The notes: generated from the letters alone by a model not told the origin. A stretch of DNA of 14,472 bases from Candidatus Krumholzibacteriia bacterium (GCA_046754105.1 JBHHVD010000078.1:1-14472), one strand, 5' to 3'. Numbered from the stretch's first letter, positions 1 through 9,281 are shown. Numbers and translations: made by a program.

Positions 1-126
1 TCACGTGGCGCCCGGGGCCGTCCCCCGCCCGTGGCGGCGAGTGCCGCCGGGGAGCGCTCCGGGGCGGCCCGGCCAGACTGGGGGCGCTCCTGGTGCGGCG
101 CACGCAATCCCAACCACGGCACCCAC

Positions 127-155
127 TTGCAAATCTGCCCGGCGAACGGTAGAGT
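127..155 (+). promoter_or_regulatory. Putative sigma70-type promoter for the lipid kinase gene
   Basis: TTGCAA (127-132), 17-nt spacer, TAGAGT (150-155). ATG at 168 lies 12 nt after the -10 with no Shine-Dalgarno (SD) sequence. Confidence 0.55.
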
Positions 156-167
156 TGATCCATCCTC

Positions 168-1079
168 ATGCTGCACTACCGACGCATTCTCGTGATCTAT
201 AACCCCGCCGCGGGACAACGCAAGTTGAGCAACGTGCCGCGCAAGATCGAAGAGCATTTCACGCGGCAAGCCCTCGATTTCGAAATCCGCGAAACACAGG
301 GCGCGGGTGACGCGCTTCGGTGGGCCCGCTCCGCTCATGCCGAGGGGTACGACCTGGTGGCCGCCGCCGGGGGAGACGGCACCGTGCGCGAGTGCGTCGA
401 GGGCATCATGCGCAGCGGCGCCCAGGTGCCGCTGGCGCAGATCATGACCGGTTCGGGCAACGTCACGGCGCGCGCGTTTTCCATACCCGTCGACCTCAAG
501 GGCGCGCTCGATACCATTACGACCGGCAAGGTCACGCGGTTCGACGTCGGCTACCTGCCCGAGCACGACCGGCATTTTGTCTTCATCGCCGGGGCGGGCT
601 ACGACGCGCGCCTCATACACGACACGCCCCGGCATCTCAAGAAATCGCTCGGGTTCTTCGCCTACCTCCTCGCCGGCGTGAAACACTTCTTCACCGTGCG
701 CCCGGTGAAGGTCGACCTGGAAATGGACGACGAAGTACGGCGCATCAAGGCACACACGATCATGGCGATCAACATCGGCAGCATCGCGGCTATCGACTGG
801 GCGGTAGCGCCGGACATTGACGCACACGACGGCAAGCTCAACATCATGGTGATGTCCAGCCGTTCGCTCCTGGGATCGATCATCGTGCTCGTAAAGATCC
901 TCACCAAGCGCTACCACGGGTTCGGCGCCCTCAAGCATTATCAGGCGGAACGAATCCGCGTCACGGCCGATCCGCAACTGCCGGTGCAAATCGACGGTGA
1001 ACCCCTCGGCATGACCCCTTTTGTGGCCCACGTCATTCCCAACGGCATGCCGTTCGTTGTTCCGGTCGATTATGAATGA
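168..1079 (+). CDS. Diacylglycerol kinase family lipid kinase (YegS/BmrU/Rv2252-like)
   Basis: 303 aa with motifs IYNPAAG, AAGGDGT (ATP-binding), TGSGN, FDVG, GAGYDA, HDGKL and QIDGE. Confidence 0.92.
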   Translation: MLHYRRILVIYNPAAGQRKLSNVPRKIEEHFTRQALDFEIRETQGAGDALRWARSAHAEGYDLVAAAGGDGTVRECVEGIMRSGAQVPLAQIMTGSGNVTARAFSIPVDLKGALDTITTGKVTRFDVGYLPEHDRHFVFIAGAGYDARLIHDTPRHLKKSLGFFAYLLAGVKHFFTVRPVKVDLEMDDEVRRIKAHTIMAINIGSIAAIDWAVAPDIDAHDGKLNIMVMSSRSLLGSIIVLVKILTKRYHGFGALKHYQAERIRVTADPQLPVQIDGEPLGMTPFVAHVIPNGMPFVVPVDYE

Positions 1080-1121
1080 GCCTGCCGGTTCGCGTGACGA
1101 AGCAGGATGGTGAAGGATCGT

Positions 1122-1151
1122 TTGTACGCGGCGGCGAGGTTGCGCTACAAT
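1122..1151 (+). promoter_or_regulatory. Putative sigma70-type promoter for the ygfZ-like gene
   Basis: TTGTAC (1122-1127), 18-nt spacer, TACAAT (1146-1151). ATG at 1161 lies 9 nt downstream. Confidence 0.55.
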
Positions 1152-1160
1152 AGGGGCGCG

Positions 1161-2429
1161 ATGCTTACCGACGTTTACAAACGAGACGGCGTGCGGCTGG
1201 CAGAGGCCTTCGGCGGTCCGTACCCCGAGTATTTCATCCACCCGGCGGCCGAGTACCAGGCACTCACCCGCTACGCCGGCCTCATCGATCTCACCCACTG
1301 GCGTACGCTGAAGGTCACCGGCAAGGACCGCGTCGGCTTCCTGAACGCGATGCTCACGAACGACGTTGCCGCACTCGAAACGAACCAGGGCACTCACTCG
1401 CTCATTACGACGGTCAAAGGCAAGATCGTGGCCGAACTGTACGTGTTCGCGAGGCAGGACGACGTCCTGGTGATGGTCGCGCAGGGATCGGCCGGCGAAG
1501 CGAACGACATTCTGGAAAAACACATCATAATGGAGGACGTAACCGTCGAGGATATTTCCGACGCCTTCGGGGTGCTGGCCCTCGAGGGGCCGAAACTCGA
1601 CGACACGCTGTGGCGGCTCTTTGCCAAAGGGCCGTTTCCAAAAGAAAACCTGCACGCCGTCGCCCGCACGTTCGAGGCGGCGGACATCTATTTGATGAGA
1701 AATTCCGTGAGCGGCGAGAACGGGTACCACCTGATGATTCCCGCCGAGGACCTTGAAAGGCTGCGCGCGTACCTGGTGCAGGCGTGCCGGGGCACCGACG
1801 GGCTTCCCGTCGGCAGGCTGGCGTGGAACATGCGCCGTATCGAGAACGGTCTTTCCTGGTACGGCGCGGATTTCACAGACGACAACCTGCCCGACGAGTC
1901 CCGCCTCGGGGACGCGATCAGTTACGCGAAGGGCTGTTTCCACGGGCAGGAAACCCTGGCTCGCCTGCACCACCGCGGTCACGTGAACCGGGTGCTCGTG
2001 GGCCTGACCGTCGAAGACGCAGGTGTCCCGGCGGCGGTCGCGGGGCTGCGCTCCGAGTTTGAGGGGGAAATAAACAACTACGACGAATCCGGCCTGGAGG
2101 AACGCGCGGCACCGCTGGCGGGGGCGCTGGACTTCGGCAAGCTGTTTCCCGCGGGAACGGAGTTGTATCCCGCCGGGGGCGGCGATGACGAAGCGGGCGG
2201 CGCACATCCCGCCCCGGGCAGAGAAGCCGGCCACCATGGCGCGGCCGGCGTGGAGGAAAAATCGGTGGGCCGGATTACATCGGCCGCGTATTCCCCGGTG
2301 CTCGGCAAGCCGCTCCTCCTCGGATACGTCCGGGTCGAGTTCATCGAGAAGCGGCAGTCCGTGCGCCCTGCGGCGGGGCCCACGCTCACGATGGTCGACC
2401 TGCCCGCCGCGCGTACTCCCCCCGTCTAG
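1161..2429 (+). CDS. ygfZ: YgfZ/GcvT-family folate-binding protein (Fe-S cluster maintenance type)
   Basis: GcvT-type N-terminus (GLIDLTH, VTGKDRVGFLNAMLTND, LALEGP, RIENG), the YgfZ signature KGCFHGQE (~1929-1952) and VGRITS..YSP. Start placed at ATG 1161 rather than 1107 because promoter-like elements lie between the two. Confidence 0.85.
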   Translation: MLTDVYKRDGVRLAEAFGGPYPEYFIHPAAEYQALTRYAGLIDLTHWRTLKVTGKDRVGFLNAMLTNDVAALETNQGTHSLITTVKGKIVAELYVFARQDDVLVMVAQGSAGEANDILEKHIIMEDVTVEDISDAFGVLALEGPKLDDTLWRLFAKGPFPKENLHAVARTFEAADIYLMRNSVSGENGYHLMIPAEDLERLRAYLVQACRGTDGLPVGRLAWNMRRIENGLSWYGADFTDDNLPDESRLGDAISYAKGCFHGQETLARLHHRGHVNRVLVGLTVEDAGVPAAVAGLRSEFEGEINNYDESGLEERAAPLAGALDFGKLFPAGTELYPAGGGDDEAGGAHPAPGREAGHHGAAGVEEKSVGRITSAAYSPVLGKPLLLGYVRVEFIEKRQSVRPAAGPTLTMVDLPAARTPPV

Positions 2430-2493
2430 CATCCTGTCCCGGGAGTCCCAAACCGCCGTCTTGGTGTGCGCGTGGGCCGGGTGCGCATGCGCG

Positions 2494-3450
2494 CTACCCC
2501 ACGAATGGCGCGAGGTCGCGGGGAACGGGTCGCTCGCCGCGCGGCGAGCCCATCGGGTACTCGAACTCCAGCGACCGGCAGTGAAGCGCCTGGCGCGCGA
2601 GCGCTGGAAACCGCCGGTCCCGCTCGCGGTCCCCGTAGACCTTGTCGCCGACGATCGGGTGCCCGATGTGCTCGAGGTGAACGCGAATCTGGTTCGTTCG
2701 TCCCGACAGCGGCTCCGCGTGCAGCACGGCGAAGCCGCCGCGCTGCCCCTCCAACCGGAAGCGGGTCTTCGCCGCCTTTCCCATTTCAAAATCCACACAC
2801 CGGCGGCGGACGTGGCTCGGAAGATCGGCCTTGAGATCGCTCCCGGCGCCGCGCATGGACTCGCGGGCGGGGTCGATGGCCACGAGACGGCCCGACTTGC
2901 CAATGGGCGCGTCGACTTCGAACTCGGCGCGTTCGGGGTGACCGTGGACGACGGCGAGGTAGTATTTCCTGACACGGCCGTCGGAGAACATGGGGCTCAC
3001 GTGCCGGGCGGCGGCGCGGGTCTTGGTCAGCAGCACGACGCCGCTCGTCTCGCGGTCGAGGCGGTGGGCCAGATTGACGTGGTCCCCGTAATGGTTCTTT
3101 AGGGTGGCAATCAGCGTATTACGGATGAAAACACCGCTGGCGTGCACCGGCAGGTTGCCCGACTTGGAGACCGCGAGAAGATGCTCGTCCTCGTAAATGA
3201 CGTCGTAGTGGAAATCCACTTCGGGCTCTTCGTGAAATATCGTATACGATACCAGGTCACCGGCCTGCACCACTCGCCCCGGGGCCGCCGGCAGCCCGTT
3301 CAGCAGAACGCGCCCCTCCTCGATGCGGCCGCGCCAGCGCTCCGGCGGGTGATACCGGAAACGGTGGGCCAGGTATCCCAGGACCGTCCATCCCGCCCGG
3401 TACGGGTCGACACGGCAATTCAGCGTGATTTCTTGCTTTTTTCCTGCCAT
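2494..3450 (-). CDS. RluA-family (RluC/RluD-like) pseudouridine synthase with S4-like N-terminal domain
   Basis: Motifs IYEDEHLLAVSKSGNLPVH, catalytic HRLDRETSG, RKYYLAVVHG, GRTNQIRVHL..IGHPIVGDKVYG and RQALH. GAGG SD upstream of the ATG. Confidence 0.93.
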   Translation of the reverse strand: MAGKKQEITLNCRVDPYRAGWTVLGYLAHRFRYHPPERWRGRIEEGRVLLNGLPAAPGRVVQAGDLVSYTIFHEEPEVDFHYDVIYEDEHLLAVSKSGNLPVHASGVFIRNTLIATLKNHYGDHVNLAHRLDRETSGVVLLTKTRAAARHVSPMFSDGRVRKYYLAVVHGHPERAEFEVDAPIGKSGRLVAIDPARESMRGAGSDLKADLPSHVRRRCVDFEMGKAAKTRFRLEGQRGGFAVLHAEPLSGRTNQIRVHLEHIGHPIVGDKVYGDRERDRRFPALARQALHCRSLEFEYPMGSPRGERPVPRDLAPFVG

Positions 3451-3527
3451 AACCTCTTATCAAATAACTGATTAAACAGCACCCTCGCCCCTCGAACCGC
3501 TAAAATCCTTTATCGCAACGAGTTTGT

Positions 3528-3556
3528 TTGACTTACCATAGCGCGTTCGATAGAAT
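3528..3556 (+). promoter_or_regulatory. Near-consensus sigma70-type promoter for the POT transporter gene
   Basis: TTGACT (3528-3533), 17-nt spacer, TAGAAT (3551-3556). SD AAGGAG at 3591-3596 precedes ATG 3603. Confidence 0.7.
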
Positions 3557-3602
3557 CCGTCCACGTTTTCGCCTTTTTTCCCTCCCACCCAAGGAGTCAC
3601 GT

Positions 3603-5090
<1,488 letters not shown>

Positions 5091-5096
5091 GCCTCG

Positions 5097-5153
5097 ACGT
5101 AATCGGGGACAATTACATTTCTATGGCCCGGGTTTCCCCGGCGGTGCTATACT
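5097..5153 (+). promoter_or_regulatory. Extended -10 promoter with an upstream operator-like inverted repeat
   Basis: TGcTATACT at 5145-5153; ACGTAAT-N8-ATTACAT at 5097-5118; SD GGAGGAGG at 5177-5184. Confidence 0.5.
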
Positions 5154-5196
5154 GCGCCCCGGATTCAATACGTTCCGGAGGAGGAACGCGCTCGCC

Positions 5197-5985
5197 ATGT
5201 CCAGGGTCATCGCGGCCGAAAAGCTTACCCCCCAGCATACCGCCTACGAAATCGAGGCGCCGGAACTAGCGGCGGCGGCCGCCGCCGGGCAGCTGCTGAT
5301 GGCCCGTCTGGGCGACCAGGTGCGCTTCACCCCGCACGCCATCGCCGACTTCGAGCCCGACAAGGGCACGGTCACGGTCGTCGCGCGCACCGTGGCCCAA
5401 AACGGTGACGGCGTTCCCGACGGCGAGCTGGACCCCGGGGACATCGCCATCGAGCTCACCGGGCCGATGGGCAAGCGCGATGATGCCCGCCGGGGGAGCA
5501 AGGTCCTGTGCGTGGCGGACCGTCTCGGGGTTGCCGCGCTCTATCCACGTCTTCGTGAGTACAAAGAGAGGGACTGTTACACCGTCGTCATCGCCGGCTA
5601 TCCGTCCAGGGACCAGGTATATTGGCAGGATCGTCTGAACAACTACAGCGATGAGCTGTACGTGGTTACCGAGGACGGGTCGTTCGGCATCCGGGGGCCG
5701 ATCCAGCAAACGGTGCGTGCCGTTTGCCGGCACGTAACCGACCTCGAGCGCGCGCTCGCGATCGGACCGATGCCCTTCCTGAAGGCATGCGCGAACGCCA
5801 CCCGCAACTACGGGATATCCACGATGATCAGCCTCAACGCCGTCGTCGAGAATGAAAACGATCTACACCCGGCCGGTGACGACGAGGTCGCACCCTTCGA
5901 CTGGCACGACGCGTCGGACCTCGACGGTCACGCCGTGGATTTCGACAAGCTAGGCGCGCAGATCGGTATTCCCCCCGAAAAATGA
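5197..5985 (+). CDS. Degenerate NfnA/SudB/PyrK-like (FNR-fold) protein lacking the [2Fe-2S] cysteines
   Basis: Colinear with NfnA-type motifs IEAP..A..A..GQ, IAD....KGTVTVV, GPMG, LYVVTEDGSFG..G, AIGPM, ISLN and DGHAVDFD. The ERIPLT, GGVG and DGTGMCGAC...C motifs are replaced. Confidence 0.8.
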   Translation: MSRVIAAEKLTPQHTAYEIEAPELAAAAAAGQLLMARLGDQVRFTPHAIADFEPDKGTVTVVARTVAQNGDGVPDGELDPGDIAIELTGPMGKRDDARRGSKVLCVADRLGVAALYPRLREYKERDCYTVVIAGYPSRDQVYWQDRLNNYSDELYVVTEDGSFGIRGPIQQTVRAVCRHVTDLERALAIGPMPFLKACANATRNYGISTMISLNAVVENENDLHPAGDDEVAPFDWHDASDLDGHAVDFDKLGAQIGIPPEK

Positions 5986-7760
5986 AGAAAGACTCGAAAG
6001 CCGCGCGCCGGAAGCCACCCGCTACCCGCAAGATACTCATCTCGAAAACGGAAATCGCCGCCATTCTCGATGACATGGCGGGCCTGCTCGAGATCGCGGG
6101 CGCCAACGTGTTCAAGATCCGCGCCTTCACCAACGCCGCCCGTGAGTTGGAGAACCTGCCCGGCGACCTGGCCCAGATGGTTGCCAGCGGCGAACTGCTG
6201 GACGTACAGGGCATCGGCAAGGGCATTTTCGCCCATATAGAGGAGATGCTCGAAACGGGAACATTTACGGAGTTCGAAGAGCTGCGCGCGGGGATGCCGG
6301 AGGGGCTTCCCGGCATGCTGCGGGTTCCCGGCATCGGCCCCCGCAAGGTCAAGACACTGCACGAGGAAATCGGGATCAAGAGTGTCGAGGAGCTCGAGCT
6401 CGCCGCACAGACCGGCCAGATCGCCGATCTTCCCGGGTTTGGAGAGAAAAGTCAGGAGAAGATCCTCTCCGGTATCGACCGCATGCGGCGATACGCAAGA
6501 CGACACCTTCTGAGCGCGGCGGCGGAGTCGGCCGCTCCGGTTTTCGAGAGAATCTCCACCCACCCCGGCGTCCAGCGCTCCCTGCTCGGCGGCAGCCTCC
6601 GGCGCCGCAAGGAAACGGTCAAAGACATCGACATACTCGTGAGCGCCGACGAATCGGAGGCGATCATGGACACCTTCACGTCGCTGCCCGGCGTCGTGTC
6701 GGTGGTGGCAAGAGGCTCCACCAAGTCGAGTGTCGTCCTCGAGTCCGGGATCAACGTCGACCTGCGTGTCGTCGGCGACGAGGAGTTTCCGTTCGCCGCT
6801 CTCTATTTCACGGGCAGCAAGGAACACAATACGGACATGCGCAGCCGGGCGAAGAAGATGGGCTACAAACTGAACGAATACGGTCTGTTCCGGGACGACA
6901 AGCCCACGCCGTGCAAGGACGAACGGGCGGTATTCGAGAAGCTCGGACTCGATTTCATACCGCCCGAGCTGCGCGAGTCGATGGGCGAGATCCCCGCCGC
7001 CGAGAATCACGCGCTGCCCGACCTGGTGGGCGAGGGGGATATCAAGGGCGTGTTCCACGCGCACACGACCTACAGCGACGGTGCCGGCACCATACGGGAG
7101 ATGGCGGAGGGTGCGAAGGCGCTTGGACTCGAGTACCTGGGAGTCGCGGACCACAACCGGAGCGCGCATTACGACGGCGGGCTAACGGTGGCGAAGGCGC
7201 GAGAGCAGGCGCGGGAGATCGCCGAATTGAACGAGTCGCTGGAAGGGTTCAGAGTATTTCACGGTGTGGAACCGGACATTCTTCCCGACGGCGCGCTCGA
7301 TTTCCCGCAAGACGGCCTTGCGATCTTCGACTACGTGGTCGCCTCCGTACACAAGGAATTCGACATGGGCGAGGCCTTGATGACGCGGCGTGTCATCAAG
7401 GCTATCGAAAACCCGCACACGACGGTGTTGGGACATCCGACGGGCCGCATTCTTCTCGAGCACAACGCGTACAGGATCGACGTCAACGCGGTGATCGATG
7501 CCGCCGCTGAAAACGGCGTGATGATCGAGATCAACGCCCACCCGAGCCGTCTCGATCTCGACTGGCGCTACGTGCGCAGCGCGCGTGACCGGGGCGTGCG
7601 CCTGATGATCGGCCCGGATGCGCACTCGGTGGAGGAACTCGACTTCTTCCGTTACGGCGTGGGCGTCGCGCGCAAAGGGTGGCTCGTCGCCGCGGATCTC
7701 ATGAACACTCTCGGCGCCCACGAGGTCAAGACGCTGTTGCAATCCCGACGTAAGAGGTAA
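5982..7760 (+). CDS. polX: DNA polymerase X with C-terminal PHP 3'-5' exonuclease/phosphoesterase domain
   Basis: HhH motifs (GIGKG, PGIGPRK, PGFGEK), GSLRRRKET.KDIDILV, VDLRV and YFTGSKEHN. PHP motifs HAHTTYSDG, DH, GVE, SVH, HPTGR, EINAHP.RLD and DAH. ATGA overlap with the upstream gene. Confidence 0.96.
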   Translation: MKKDSKAARRKPPATRKILISKTEIAAILDDMAGLLEIAGANVFKIRAFTNAARELENLPGDLAQMVASGELLDVQGIGKGIFAHIEEMLETGTFTEFEELRAGMPEGLPGMLRVPGIGPRKVKTLHEEIGIKSVEELELAAQTGQIADLPGFGEKSQEKILSGIDRMRRYARRHLLSAAAESAAPVFERISTHPGVQRSLLGGSLRRRKETVKDIDILVSADESEAIMDTFTSLPGVVSVVARGSTKSSVVLESGINVDLRVVGDEEFPFAALYFTGSKEHNTDMRSRAKKMGYKLNEYGLFRDDKPTPCKDERAVFEKLGLDFIPPELRESMGEIPAAENHALPDLVGEGDIKGVFHAHTTYSDGAGTIREMAEGAKALGLEYLGVADHNRSAHYDGGLTVAKAREQAREIAELNESLEGFRVFHGVEPDILPDGALDFPQDGLAIFDYVVASVHKEFDMGEALMTRRVIKAIENPHTTVLGHPTGRILLEHNAYRIDVNAVIDAAAENGVMIEINAHPSRLDLDWRYVRSARDRGVRLMIGPDAHSVEELDFFRYGVGVARKGWLVAADLMNTLGAHEVKTLLQSRRKR

Positions 7761-7767
7761 GGCACGA

Positions 7768-8454
7768 GTGGCCAGGAATACCGGCAAACCGGCCGCGCGA
7801 CGGGCGCGGCGAGCGAAGGGCGGGATGACGGATCGAACCCGCGCGCTCAAAATGATCGAGCTTCTCGAAGAGGAGTATCCCGACGCCCGCTGCATGCTCG
7901 ATTATTCCAGCGCCTTCGAATTGCTGATCGCCACGATCCTGGCCGCGCAGTGCACGGACGCCATGGTCAACCGCGTCACGCCGGAGCTGTTCGAGAGGTA
8001 CCCCACGCCGCAGGCCTTCGTCGACGCGCCGGCCGAGGCCATCGAAAAGGCGATCTACAAGACGGGTTTTTACCGCAACAAGACGAAGAGCATTCAGAAA
8101 TGCTGTGCCGCGCTCGTCACCGAGCACGGCGGGGAGGTGCCGAAGACGATGGAGGAGCTGGTGGCACTCGGCGGCGTCGGGCGCAAAACGGCCAATTGTG
8201 TCCTCGGCAACATCTGGGGCGTTCCGGGCATCGTCGTCGACACGCACGTAAAACGCATCTCCAACCGCATGGGCTACACCGTGGAGTCGAATCCGGACAG
8301 GATCGAACGGGACCTGATGAAGATCGTCCCTGAGAGCGACTGGATACGTTTCACGCACCTCATCACCGACCACGGCCGCGCGTACTGCTCGGCGCGCAAG
8401 CCGGCATGCACCGAGTGCCCGGTGGAACATCTCTGTCCAAAACTGCTGGATTGA
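7768..8454 (+). CDS. nth: Endonuclease III (HhH-GPD glycosylase/AP lyase, [4Fe-4S])
   Basis: FELLIATILAAQCTD, GFYRNK, LGGVGRKTAN (catalytic Lys), VDTHV (catalytic Asp) and C-x6-C-x2-C-x5-C (CSARKPACTECPVEHLC). Start is GTG 7768 or ATG 7825. Confidence 0.96.
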   Translation: MARNTGKPAARRARRAKGGMTDRTRALKMIELLEEEYPDARCMLDYSSAFELLIATILAAQCTDAMVNRVTPELFERYPTPQAFVDAPAEAIEKAIYKTGFYRNKTKSIQKCCAALVTEHGGEVPKTMEELVALGGVGRKTANCVLGNIWGVPGIVVDTHVKRISNRMGYTVESNPDRIERDLMKIVPESDWIRFTHLITDHGRAYCSARKPACTECPVEHLCPKLLD

Positions 8455-8462
8455 GGGGAGTC

Positions 8463-9281
8463 CTATTCCTGCCGGGGGCGCTCGACGCTCAGAAGCTCGA
8501 TATCAAAAATCAGGGTGGCGTTGGGCGGGATTCTCTTCTTGAAACCCTTTTCCCCGTAGCCGAGATAGGGCGGGATGATGAGCTTGCGCTGCCCCCCGAC
8601 GCGCATGGTGAGGAGCCCCTCGAGCCAGCCGGGCACGAGGCCGCCTTCCCCGAGCACGAACGCGATGGGAACGCCGCGGAAATACGTCGTATCGAAGAGA
8701 GTGCCGTCGTCCAGAAACCCCGAATAGCGGACAACGATGGTATTACCCATCTCCGGCACGTCTCCCTCGCCCACCTTGAAATCCACGTACTGGAGACCGG
8801 TCTCCGTCACCATGATCTCGAATCCCTCGTCGCTCCACGGCTCGGGGGCCGGCGGGCTGGGTATGATGTCGACCAGCTCGACCTCCATGCGCACCCAGGC
8901 GTCGGCCGGAACCGTCGACGGGCGCTCGCCGTTCTCGAAGGCGAGCTCGGGCGGGATGCGGAGGATTCGCTTGCCACCCACGCGCATGCCGGCCACGCCC
9001 TCTTCGAGCCCGGGCAGGACCTGCTGGGAACCGAGCCGGAACCGGTACGGTTCCTCGCGGTCCTGGTAGCGGTCGAATTCCCCGCCGTCGACGTAGGACG
9101 CGACGTAAATCAATCCCAGGATATCCCCGGGCCTGGGGCGCTCCCCCTCTCCCTCGGCGACCTGCTCGATCTCGAGCCCCGAGCCCGTGGTCCAGTGGGT
9201 CGTGTCGCCGCCGCAGCCGGCCGGGCCGAGAGCGACGGCCGTCGCCGCGAAAATCACCAGGCGTGTTCTTGTGGAAAGCAT
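8463..9281 (-). CDS. FKBP-type peptidyl-prolyl isomerase with two tandem FKBP domains, probable lipoprotein
   Basis: Signal-like N-terminus ending PAG-C, followed by two copies of the pattern GL....GEG...G......Y.....DG..FD....P..F.LG....PG..EG...MRVGG.R...IPP.L. Confidence 0.9.
   Translation of the reverse strand: MLSTRTRLVIFAATAVALGPAGCGGDTTHWTTGSGLEIEQVAEGEGERPRPGDILGLIYVASYVDGGEFDRYQDREEPYRFRLGSQQVLPGLEEGVAGMRVGGKRILRIPPELAFENGERPSTVPADAWVRMEVELVDIIPSPPAPEPWSDEGFEIMVTETGLQYVDFKVGEGDVPEMGNTIVVRYSGFLDDGTLFDTTYFRGVPIAFVLGEGGLVPGWLEGLLTMRVGGQRKLIIPPYLGYGEKGFKKRIPPNATLIFDIELLSVERPRQE

Noticed and set aside
1..120. GC hairpin (GGCGGC-gagt-GCCGCC, 33-48), palindrome GGAGCGCTCC (51-60), an imperfect direct repeat and the 65-aa ORF 5-202
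   Set aside because: Short GC-only stems are expected at this composition; there is no U-tract or recognisable RNA motif, and the ORF is low-complexity.
1107..1160. Upstream starts in the ORF track (1107; also 3528 and 14048)
   Set aside because: For 1107 and 3528 the extensions contain the promoter boxes; for 3528 and 14048 an SD supports the later start. Starts at 1161, 3603 and 14018 fit better.
2430..2493. Intrinsic terminator between the convergent ygfZ and pseudouridine synthase genes
   Set aside because: Only a loopless palindrome GCGCATGCGC (2483-2492) is present, with no U-tract on either strand.
5839..5922. Frameshift or selenocysteine recoding hiding the missing [2Fe-2S] motif
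   Set aside because: Neither alternative plus-strand frame encodes a Cys motif, the TGA triplets are out of frame, and the main frame resumes with DGHAVDFD at close to the expected spacing.
5197..5985. NfnA-like protein as the missing reductase for the Rieske oxygenase
   Set aside because: It lies in a different transcription unit 4.6 kb away and lacks the FAD, NAD and Fe-S motifs needed for electron transfer.
5928..8430. Long antisense ORFs (5928-7169, 7182-7895, 7726-8430) opposite polX/nth
   Set aside because: Shadow frames expected in high-GC coding DNA; no recognisable motifs, and the sense genes are unambiguous.
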